Shown here: one piece after another, positions 26,373 to 38,163 of the stretch
How the letters are laid out: each line of letters opens with the position of its first letter
How positions within the stretch are numbered: position 1 is the first letter of the stretch
Assembly (NCBI RefSeq): GCF_009914755.1
Contig: NC_060926.1
Strand: one strand, 5' to 3'
From: the human T2T-CHM13v2.0 reference genome, Homo sapiens
DNA: 64,000 nt
The notes under the pieces: model-generated
The model's input: only the letters and a program-made list of their open reading frames with translations
Databases searched by the model: none
What the model was told of the DNA's origin: nothing
Program-made: the position numbers and the translations under genes

Positions 26373-29300
26373 TTTTATATACATATATGTGTGTGTGTGT
26401 ATATATATGTGTGTACATTTATATGTGTGTGTGTATATATATATATACATATATATACATACTGTTTATTTTGAGAAGAATGTTTTTTAGGTCTTTCCGT
26501 GAGTGTAATACTGCAGCAACATGTCAATGTTAAGAAACTAATTTTTCAGCCTATTTCCCATATGCGGTTTTTTGAGGGTGGTTAACTGATCACTTCTCAG
26601 CTGTAATTTTGAGCTCCACTGAACTGTTATGATGTTCCATTTTAAAACAGAACATATGTGAACAAAACTGTTCCCATTATGCTTGACTGATGCTCCTGAT
26701 TGTGTTCTAAATTCACAACTATGCCTCTAGTTATGAACTAATAACTTTGATTATTTAGATAAAGTCCAATCTCCAAAACCAGTCCTGTTTGTTTGTAGAA
26801 ATGCAAGCAAAAATGCATTTGCCACGATACAATGTAGTTTTCTTCCCCCTTCAGTTTAAAGAGATGCTATAGTTGAAGTTGAATGAAGTTTTTTACATTA
26901 ACTCAAACTGCATTATACCCAGCTTTCTTATGAACACAAACACATTTAACTAATTCTGTCATATTTTAATGTATTTCATTGCTCCTGTTAAAGTAATGAT
27001 TTGTATATATTATACAGAGGGATAATATAGTGTACATAATAAATACCTTAAATTCACCTTTTATCTTTATCAAAATATATATCCTGGCACAAACTAAAAC
27101 TTTTTTCTTTAAATAAAAAATGTTTCCTCAATGAACAGAAACATATTTATGATACTGCATAAACATCCTTGTACTATTACACACATGGTTTTACTTTTTA
27201 TTTTTTTTGCAAGGGAACACTGGTGTTAATGTAAGGTAAACGTATTTATACATCCTTCTTTAAACGTTTAATTGATGCCTACTCTATAATTTAAATCAGC
27301 AGAGAGATATTAAAATTATGTTGTCCAGATATATAAATATTAACTTATCAACAAATTTGAATAATACTTTAAAAATTGTTAAGCTACTCAAAGATCTGAA
27401 AATGACAGTTTAAAGCTGACCTGTTACCTCTTTATGATTTGTAAGGTAGAAAGAATTTCAAAAGATTAAACTCCTATAAAACATTTCCACTATTATAAAT
27501 GTATTTGACTAAACATAATTTTACGTTTTTATATGTCTAAGCAATTTGTGTAATCAGTTACAACTTACCTACTCCTAAACTAATGTAAGAAATTTAGAAA
27601 GTTGATTGACAAAAAACAAACCTTAGCAAACTAAGATATTATACTGCTATTATTTTTAGGCTCTGGTAAAATCGAGGAAGAGATATAAATGTTTCCTAAA
27701 AGCTAACTAAGACACTATAAGATGTACAAATATTCATTTTGACAGATATTTTACATTTGCAAGCCTCTATAATTAAAATCAAATTTTAAAGCATCTTTAA
27801 ATAATATTTCAAAACTCTTGAGTGCCTTGCTTTCCCCCTAACCATGTAATATAGGAAACAAGGTCAATGACATAGCAGCTTAATAATTTTTATTTTATAG
27901 AACTGTCTTCTTACAAAAAACAACAAATATAAGAATAAAAATCTATGTTTTTTTTTCTGTTGGAATTTCTTGATATCTCTAATTTCAAATACATGTGAAC
28001 CTTTAACATATAAAATTGTTTGTTAAAAAAAAAACCTATTGAAGCAGTGGCTTATACTTAGGTAATAGGAAATGTTATTCTATAGTTTGTCCCCCTTTTG
28101 TGTTAGATCTATTTGTCTACAGTCAATAATCTTAGAATGTGTACATTTTTATGATGGACTGTTTACCAAAATGAAGGGAAAGAGAGAGGGAGAGGAAGAA
28201 AAGAAGTAGAAATTTGAGTGAGCCAGTTAGAGACAGACATGAAGATAATTAAAGTTCAATATTTGAGATTGATTTTTTCTTTCTTTGCATGATGACAAGA
28301 AGGCACATGGAAAGCAAAATTAATTTTGATGAGAGAGAAACAGAGAGAGAAGGAGAGAGAGACTCTGTAGCTGATTTAAACAATAATTTGGATCCTTCAC
28401 AATTATGCAAAGGTTTCATGTTAAAAGTTGGTGCTTATTCATCTTCCCAGTAAAGAAAAAGAAAGAGGGAGGTCTTCCCTATTAAATCAAGTAATTTTTA
28501 TTTTATGTTAACCAGACACATATGTCCCTATGGGTTTATTTTCTTCACATTTTGTTTTAAAGTATGTTTCAAATAAACAATTTTGGTTATATCAAAAAGT
28601 TCTAAGAAGTGGCTACTGCAAATTTAAATGTTCTTGGTGCAGTCATGCTGATTAGAAAGAAAAGTTCAAGAGTAATAACACAAAAGCAAGTGCTGGAAGG
28701 TAACACAAATTTATTAGCAGGTTATCCATTAGAGACTGGCTGACGACCAGTCAAAAGCAAAAGTATCTCTTGTGCCCATCTTTGATTCTCAATGTAAGGT
28801 CAAGCTGCCCCTGTCTGCTGACCTGAGAAATCGATGGTTCCCATGGCAAGTAGAATTTGTGGACAGAAAATATCTTTAAAAGCCAATCTTGCATACATAA
28901 ACCAAACCAAGATAAGTGTTGATAACATGTTGATGAATAATACAACAAAATTTATCCTGAAAAGACAATGTGTAAGGAGAGCTTTCATTCTTCAGGCTCA
29001 GCTGGAAAGACATTTATTATAACTACATTTGTCTTGAACTTCCTCTAGTAAACAGGTCAGTACCAAAAAACAGAAACAAAAACAAAATACAGAGAGGATA
29101 TTTAATGGCCAATCAATGATTTGTCAGTCAGGGAAAATTAATATAAACATATCATGTGGCTGAAGAGTCTTAGGACCTCTATTCATAAGGCAGAAATAGA
29201 AGAATTTTGAAGGGCTCAATAAGATATTTGGAGCACAGATTTGTATTAACTTGCCTTATTATCATTGTTGAGTTTGCCTCTAGTATGTGTACACACAAGT

Positions 29301-31369
29301 GAAAGTATTACTTCTGTATTAAGAATATTAGTCTGTGGCAGCAAAAAAATGTCTCAACAGTATCTCAATGGAAGCTCCAGGATTGTTAAAGTCCACCAGC
29401 AGAGACCAAGAACACACTTATATTTAGATAAAGAAAAAAGTTTGCATTTATTTAGCTTGCTGAACTAAGAAAGCACCCAAGGGGAACATCAGTGGCAGAC
29501 GAGTCTGAGAGGTCTTCTCAAAAGTTTTGGGTGTGTACTAGAAGAATCTGAAAAGGGATTAGGAAAGTAGGGGCAAGTTCTGGATTGATTGCTATCAAGA
29601 AATGGTGGGAAATTTGGTGACTGAATATATCAATAATGTGATAGAGCTCCAATGCCCCTGGTATATCCCCATGTTTACCCTGTGTTTCATTATATCAGCA
29701 TACCCCCCATGTTTTTATTTCAGTAACCTCCATAATATAAAGAAGCATCATATTACTTCTCTTTATTAACAAAGTAAATGAGCCTAACACTGAAATCAAA
29801 TCATATAATTTGGTATTCACTTTCAAAATAAATGACTGAAAATAGAAATAAAAGTTCTTTATATTGTTGTTGCTTTTTTACAAGTTGCTTTTAATATGGA
29901 CACAGCCACATCTTTGGGCCAAACCTTGCAGTTAGCAAGCCAGTGGTGGCCAACAAGTTGGGAAGTTTTATCCCTGCAGGAATGGGGTTTGCTTCTGGAA
30001 AGTATTGCCCTCCATCAATGTATCACATGAAGTCAAAGACCCATCTGAAGCAGGCATAGACGGGTAGAGAAAGGCCAGAAAAGTAACACAGTGGAGAAAC
30101 ACTTATAGAAGTCATTCTAAATTAGAAGGAAAAGCAAAAAGCATGGAGTGTTTTTCCCTCACCAATATCAAACTGAGTTTCTTGAAAAATATGACTGTAA
30201 AGAATAACATATATATATTTATATATATATATGACTTCTATAACTGAAGATGAAAATTCATCTACATGTTAACACAATATATTCCATCCTTTGAAAATCA
30301 GATTTTATATGATATAGCAATGTGGTATGTTTGTAACACATGAAATTTATATTAGACTGTTATGACTTCTAAAAAACTTCAGTAAATGTATACTGTGTAG
30401 ATATGTTTGAAATATCTTATTTGAAGTTTATGTATTTAGGAACAGTCAAAATGTAAAATGGAGAAAAATAATCTGTTGAATTATGCTATTACAACCTTCT
30501 AATGTGGTTCCAGTGCTGATGTGAGAGAAAAAATAAAATTACCTACTGCATATGCTCAGCAATAAATTTTGATGTTTAAAAATATGAACAGATTTTAGAG
30601 GCACTTTTGCTTCAATATACCAACATTAAAAACTAAATACATACAAAATTGTGTTTTCCACAAACCAGGTCTTACCAAGAGGATACTAAAAAATCAACTA
30701 AAACCGTAAGATTTCACTTTACTGATCTTTAAATCAAAGTCAGATGTGTGAATTTAAATAATTTATAAATAAAATATGCATAAAAACTTAAGCCCCTGAG
30801 CCAAGTTTTACTCCGAAGCCATCTGAAACAAGCAAGATTACAGCCTCAAGGTTTCCTGTAAACAAAGTGTGGAAGAATATGTTACTTTAAACCCAAGATA
30901 ACAATAGTGTACTATTGGTCTTAATAAAGATTTCCAAGTGATTTTGCATTAGCAGTTAATGGAATATATACACAATAAGAAATATTTACCTATCAGGAAT
31001 ATAACAGTTTTGAAATAAAATAATAAGATAATCTAATTTTCCCTTTATTTACTATCTTGGTCCAAAAGGTTTAAACACATTTTCTCTACATTAAGATGGT
31101 TATTTTCCATCACTTTGCTATGTGATGTTAAATAGAAAATATTAGAAATAAGTATATAATGATTTATATGTAATCTCTCCCATATAGATAATGTCACCTC
31201 CATATTACAAGAGTATATATGGTCAACCTAAATATGTAATGTGTCAATTGCTAAATCGAAAATAACCCTTATATTTAGGTTTATAATGCAATGCAACATG
31301 TGTTTACATCACAGTATTCGACATTACTGGATATATAAACAGTTGTAAATATATGTTGTTTTATCACAG

Positions 31370-31640
31370 ACAAATAAATATGTGTACATATTAACATATA
31401 TGTGTTAATATGTACATATACATGTTAATTTGTACATATAATATAAGTACATATTACAAATAAATGTATGTACATATTAACACATACATGTTATGTATAA
31501 TATATATACATATGGTATGTACCTATAATATATAATATGTGTGCATGTACATACTAGCATATATATTTGCATATCTATTTGGTGATATATGTACTATATA
31601 TGTAGATATTAACATATATATTTGTATACCTATATGAAGA
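31370..31640. repeat. AT-rich degenerate (TA/TACA) low-complexity region with internal palindromes
   Basis: Recurring tgtacatattaaca units. Confidence 0.85.
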
Positions 31641-32502
31641 CAAACATATTTTATACAATCTAAAACACATTAAGAGATTCCCAAAGCATGTGTGATCAAA
31701 CTTTTTGTTAGAGACAAAAAGGTGGAATATAGAAAGCATGTAGTATACTCTGAGGGACCATTAGAGGCAGATCTCAGCAAAGGCAGCAGGAGTTTAAAAA
31801 CAATACAAATACCTTTTGTTCCCAAAAAGGGGTTTGGAAGTGATCTTAGAAGGGGTGGCAGGTATGTTTTCCCTAGATCTTGCCTAATTCAAAAAAGATG
31901 AACTATATTTGCATATTTGCATGAAGAAGTATACCTTTAAGTCAGTGGAGAGAAAGCTATTGGATGGGGAAATCAGGTGGTCTGGAAAACTATGATGTCC
32001 CTCATGACTACCAGAAATTTTCTTTAAACATTAGGTCCTGAAAAATCCAGTTTATTTAAAAATAAATAAAAAGAAAAATGGGCATGGATCAAAAAAATAA
32101 GAAAAAATGTTGCCACAGAATAAGGAAGAATGGGTTCAAGCATTTTGTCATGAATTGAAATACTTAAAAAGATGATTGCCATCTTATAGAAAACACACAC
32201 ACAGAAACTGTAAGAATTCAGAAGAAACACATAAAAACTAAACATGAGATGATATCGTAAATAAATACAAGAATAAAAGAAAACAAAATTTAAAATCTGG
32301 GATTTCTATGGAGAACTAATTCTGTAGCATGTTATATATATATATAAATATATATAACATAATATATAAATATATATATGCATATATATAAACCTAAATT
32401 AATTTATTTTATATCACAAAATGCTATTTTCAAAAGTTAGCTACCCAAATAACATACTTCTAAATAAGCCTGGGATCAAAAAAGAAATCGAAAAGAAAAT
32501 TA

Positions 32503-32805
32503 GGCCAGGAGTGATGGATCATGCTTGTAATCTCAGCACTTTGAGTTGCCCAAGTAGCAGGATTGCTTGAGGTCAGGAGTTTGAGACCAGCCTGGGTAAC
32601 ACAGCAAGACCATGTCTCTACAAAAACTCTGTAAAAGTTAGCTGGATGTGGTTGCATGCACTTGCATTCCTAGCCAATTGGGAGGCTTAGGCCTGAGGAT
32701 AGCTTTTGCCCAGGAGGTCAAGACAGCAGTGAGCTATGGCAGAGCCATTGCACTCCAACCTGGGTGACACACTGAGACCCTGTCTCTAAAAAAAATAAGT
32801 AAATA
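32503..32805 (+). mobile_element. AluJ (diverged)
   Basis: ggattgcttgaggtcaggagtttgagaccagcctgggtaacacagcaagacc; gcagtgagctatg. Confidence 0.92.
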
Positions 32806-32806
32806 T

Positions 32807-33100
32807 AGCTGGGCATGGTGGCTCATGTGTGTACTCCTAAAAATTTGGGAGGCCAAGGTAGAATAATTGCTTGAGGCCATGAGTTTGGGACCAGCATGGG
32901 CAACATAGTGAGACCTTGCCTCTACAATTTTTTTTTTAATTAGTAGAGTATGGTGGTATGTGCCTGCAGTGCCAGCTACTCAGAAGGCAGAGGCAAGAGA
33001 ATGACTTGAGCCTAGAAGTTCCAGGCTGCAGTGAGTTATGATCACACCACTGCACCACTACAGCAAGGGCGACAGAGAGAGAACATGTCTCTAGAAAACA
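32807..33100 (+). mobile_element. AluJ (diverged), tandem with the previous copy
   Basis: attgcttgaggccatgagtttgggaccagcatgggcaacatagtgagacc; ggctgcagtgagttatgatcacacc. Confidence 0.92.
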
Positions 33101-33659
33101 AACAGCAAATGAAACCTAAACTAAGTATAAGTAAAAAAAAAAATAAAGTTCAGGATAGAAACAAATGATGTATAAAACAGAAAACCTACAAAAAAAAATC
33201 AGTGAAACAAAAGATGTCTTTGCAAAGAATAATAAAATTGATAAACCACTAGTTAGCATTCAGAAAAAAAATTAGAGAATGTAAATTACATATGTCAGGT
33301 AAAAGGTGACATCTCTGAAGATTCTATGGATATTAAAATAATAATATAGAAATATCATGAACAACCTCCTACCTATTTATTGGACAACTTAGATGAAATG
33401 AACATATTTCTTTAATTACCAAACTATCAATGTTCACTCAAGAAATAGATTACCTGATTAAAACTGTATCTATTAAAGAATTTGTATTTGTACTGAAAAA
33501 CCTGCCCACAAAGAAGATTCCAGGACTAGACTGGTAGGCTACCAAATGTTTGAAAAAGAAATAATACTAATAATCAAACCTTCAGTAAATGGAAAACGAG
33601 GGAATGGTTCCCAACTCATTGATGGAGCCAACATGATCTTGATAACAAAACAAAATACT

Positions 33660-36600
33660 GCTTATAGTGATGTCAGAACGATGGCAGAATAGGAGTTTTC
33701 ATCAGGGACACCCTCCTCAGCCAGTGACTTCTCCCATGTGAGAGCTTATTAAGCACCAGCTTTCCCAAGCACGCAAAGTGCTGCCCAAGAACCACTTTTC
33801 TTTGCACCACACTCAGAAGACTGAGGAAATCTGCAAGGCTGAATAGTCTGGGGACAACTAAGAAAAGGTAAAATGGGTTCATAACATGGAATTCAACAAA
33901 GAGCAATTGTTTCTAATAACTGCCTTTCAAATTCAACCAACAGGCCAGGCGCGGTGGCTCATGCCTGTAATCTCAGCACTTTGGGAGGCCGAGTTGGGTG
34001 GATCACCTGAGGTTAAGAGTTAGAGAACAGCCTGGCCAGCATAGTGAAACTCCGTCTCTACTGAAAATACAAAAACAACAACAACAACACCAACAAAAAT
34101 TAGCCGACCCTGTAGTCCCAGCTACTTGGGAGGCTGAGGCAGGATAATAGCTTGAACCTGGGATGCAGAGGTTACAGTGAGCCTAGATCACACCACTGTA
34201 CTCCAGCTGGGGCAACAGAGCAAGACTCTGTTTCAAAAAAGTAAATAAATAAAATAAAAAACAAATTTTACCAATAAAGCTGCACATGAACCTCATAGAC
34301 CACATCACCTGCTGACCCGTCTTCACCCAATTTGCCCATGAGTGTCCCTAGCCCTCTGGCTACCATTCCCATGCACCACGAAAATAGGAGAACTTCTGAA
34401 AAATACAAAAATAAGTAGGAATTAAACAAAACATTTCTAAACAAACAATGGATCAAAATATAAATCAAAAGTAAAATAAAAAATACTTTGAGACAAATAA
34501 AAATGGAAACACATCATAACAAATCTTACGGGAGGCAGAAAAAGCCACTGTAAAAGGAAATTTATAGTGATAAGCATCTGCATTAAAATGAAAGAGTCCA
34601 AATAAACTTTCTGACTTTACACTTCAAGGAACTAGGCGAAAAAATTAACTAAACCTGAATTTAGCAGAAAAAGGAAATAATAAATATTAGAGCATAAATA
34701 AATAAAATAGAGATGATAACAATAAATAAGATAATCAAAATTGAGTGAGGTTTTTTGAAAGGATGATCAAAATTGACAGATCTTTAGAGAAGACTCAAAT
34801 AAATAAAATTATAGATGAAAGATTATTACACCTAATACTACAGAAATACAAAGTATCATAAGAGACTACTATAAACAGCTATGCATCAACAAACTGGATA
34901 ACCCAGAAGAAATAATTAAATTCCTTGAAATGGAAACTACCAAGATTGAATCATAAAAAATAGAAAATATGACATATCAATAAGGATATGTCAGAGATGA
35001 CTGAATCATTTATCCAAAACTTCCCAATTAACAGGACTTGACAGCTTCACTAGAGAATTCTGCCAAACACTTTAAGAAGAATCAATGCCAATCCTCAAAG
35101 TCTTCTGAAAAATTGAAAAGGAAGGAACACTTTGAAACTAATTTTGAAGGGCAGTATTACTCTGATAACAAAGGCAGACAGAGAAACTACAAGAAAAGTA
35201 AATGCAGGACAATATCCCTGGTGAACATAGATGCAAAACTTCTCAGTAAAATACAAGCAAATTGAATTTAATAGCGCATTAAAAAGACCATATGCCATGA
35301 TTTATTCCTAGGATGCAAGCATAGAACAACATAAGCAAATTAATAAATGTGACACACCACCTTAACAGAATGAAACATAAAATTTATATGATTATCTCAA
35401 TAGATGCAGAAAAAGCATTTGACACAATTCAACATTCTTTCATGTTTAAAAGCTCTCAAAAATTAGGTGTATAAAGAATGTGTCTTAACATAATAAAAGC
35501 CATATATGACAAGCCCACATCATCAAAAGCCTATATATGACAAGCTAACATCATACTCAATCATGAAAAGCTGAAGCCCTATGATCAGAGACGAGACCAA
35601 GATGGCCACTCTGACTACTTCTATTCAAATGATATTGAAAGTAGTAGCCATAGCAATTAGGCAAGAAAAAAAAAGGCATACAAATTATAAAGAAAGAAGT
35701 AAAATTGTTGTTTTAAGATGACATAATTTTATATATAGAAAGTTCTAAAAACTCAACAAAAAACTATTAGAACTAATAAACAAATGTAGTAAAGTTGCAA
35801 GATACAAAACCAATATACAAAAAGTCAGTTACACATCTATATACTAATAACAAACTATGGAAAAAATTAGGAAAACAATTCCATTTACAATAGCATGAAA
35901 AAGAATAAAATATTTAAGAGTAAATTTAACCAAGGAAGTGAAAAATCACTACACTGAAAACTGCAAAACATTGCTGAAAGAAAATGAAAAATAAATGAAA
36001 AGATATCCTGTTCTCATGGGTTGGAAGAATTAATATTGTTAAAATATCCATGTTTCCTAAAGCAATCTACAAACTCAATGCAATTTCTATCAATATTCCA
36101 GTGGTACTTTTCACAGAGATAGAAAAAAACAATCCTAACGTTTATGTGGAACTATAAAAGACTCTGAATTGTGAAAGCATCTTGATCAAGAGAACAAAGC
36201 TGGAGACATACATCTGTTGATTTCAAAAAATATTACAAAGCCACAGTAATAAAAACAGTATGGTACTTAAAAAAACAGACTAGTAGACAAATGGAACAGA
36301 ATAGAGACCCTTGAAATAAACCCATGCATTTAAGGGCAGTTGGTTTTAATCGGGGTGCCAGGAACATACAGCAGGGAAAGAGTCTCTTCAATAAATGGTG
36401 TTGGTAAAACTCAGTATCCATATATCAAAGAGTCCAATTAGACTTTATCTCACACAATATAGAAAAGTCAACACAAATGGATTAAAGACCTAAATGTAAC
36501 ACCTGAAACTATTAAATTCCTAAAAAGAAGAATAAAAACCTTATTGACATTGGTATGGGAAATTATTATTTTGCTTATAATCCCAAAAGTACAGTCAAAA

Positions 36601-37765
36601 AAAGCAAAAATAGACAAGTAGGGGTATGTCAAATGTAAGGGCTCCTGCACTGCAAAGAAAATAATCAACAGAATAAAAAGACAACCTACAAAATGGGAAA
36701 AAACATTTTCAAACCATTTGTCTGATAAGGGGTTAATATCCAAGATACATGAAGAACTCAAAAACTTAAGAGCAAAAAACCAAATTACCCAATTAAAAAA
36801 TGGGCAGTGGACCTAAACAGACATTTCTACAAAGCAGAAATACAGATGGTCAATAGGTGTATGAAAAGGTGCTCAACATTACTAATTATCACAGAAATGC
36901 AAATCAAAACAATGACATATCACTTCATGCCTTTTATATTGTCTATTATCATAAAAGACAAGATAATATGTTGATAAAGATGTGGAAAAAAGAGAGCCCT
37001 TGTACACTGTTAGTGGAAATGTAAATTAGTATAGCCATTATGGAAAACAGTATGAAGATTTTCAAACAATTAAAAATATCATATAACTCAGCAATCCTAT
37101 CTCTAGGTACATAATCAAAGGAAACAAAATCAGTATCTCAAAACGGCATCTCTACTATGTTAATTTCAACATATGGAAACAAATGTCCATCAATACATGA
37201 ATGTATGAAGAAAATCTGGTATATAAATACAATGGAATATTATTCAGCCTTAAGAAAGGAGAAAAATTCTTTCATTTGCACACGTGGGTGTACTTAAAGT
37301 TCATTTTTCTAAGTGAAATAAGCCAAAGAAAGACAAATACCGCAAGATCTCACTTATACGTGGAATCTAAAAAATTCAAACTCATAAAAACAAAGAATAG
37401 AACGGTAGTTTCTGGGGCTTAGGAGGTCAGGGAAATGGAGAGAGATGTTGATCAAAAGGTACAGAGTTTTAGTTATACAAGATTAGTAAGTTCTGGAGAT
37501 TTAGTGTATAGCATGATTACTATAGCTAACAATACCAAATTGTATATAAAATTTTGCTAAGGGGGTAGAGCTTAAGTGTTCTACACACATACACACACAC
37601 ACACAGATGCACACACACAGAAATGGTAACTATGTGAGGTGATGGATATGTATATTAACTTGATCATAATAATAATTTTACAATGTACATGCATATCAAA
37701 AAATCATTTTGTACAACATAAGTAAATCCCTTATTTATTTGTCAAGTATACTTCAATAAAGTTAG
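33660..37765 (+). mobile_element. L1MA-type element: 5' UTR start, large internal deletion, degraded ORF2 and 3' UTR
   Basis: gtgatgtcagaacgatggcagaatagga (L1M 5' terminus); ORF 35038..35265 ends RTISLVNIDAKLLSKI; attatctcaatagatgcagaaaaagcatttgac ([11 protein letters not shown]); aataaa at 37755. Confidence 0.9.
33943..34262 (+). mobile_element. AluS (Sx/Sz-like) with (AAC)n linker
   Basis: ggccaggcgcggtggctcatgcc...ggatcacctgagg; degenerate TSD aaattcaaccaaca/aaattttaccaata. Confidence 0.93.
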
Positions 37766-37779
37766 AGAATTTCTTTTTT

Positions 37780-38160
37780 AAGTGGGTATTTTCAGAAGTG
37801 CTGGAAATGGTCTGTATCTGGGGTCCACAAGTTGCAGCCCATGATACAAGTTAGAAACACCACCCACTGTTTTATTGGAACACAGAAATGCCCATTCATT
37901 TACATATTGCCCATGGATACTTTTACACTACAACAGTGTTGAGTAGTTGCAACATGGATTGGTTGAACTAAAGAACAAACATATTTGGCCTTTGATAGAA
38001 AAAGTTTGTCAGTGCTTCATCAACATTTTTATCTGTGTTGTGAATATATGCATATGTGTATAGGGGTAAAAATTTATTGAGCTATACACATTTCTGCACC
38101 ATATTGTGTGTAAGTTATAACCTGAAAAGGAGCAAATTAAAAAAATTCAAAAAGTAGGTA
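37780..38160 (+). mobile_element. L1ME-type 3' end fragment containing MER58A (about 37818-38018)
   Basis: gtgctggaaatggtctgtat [ctggggtcc...ttttattggaacacag..cccattcatttacatattg...aaaagtttgtcag] ...aaaatttattgagctatacac...taagttataacct. Confidence 0.75.
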
Positions 38161-38163
38161 AAT

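Larger units (their letters stand above)
32420..33659 (+). mobile_element. Old L1M (L1ME/L1MD-type) ORF2, left part of the host element
   Basis: ataacatacttctaaataa...aataaaattgataaaccactag...acaacttagatgaaatgaac...gagccaacatgatcttgataacaaaac. Confidence 0.85.

Noticed and set aside
34385-37300. Potentially active L1 ORF2
   Set aside because: Many stops and frameshifts; the longest sense ORFs are about 75 aa.
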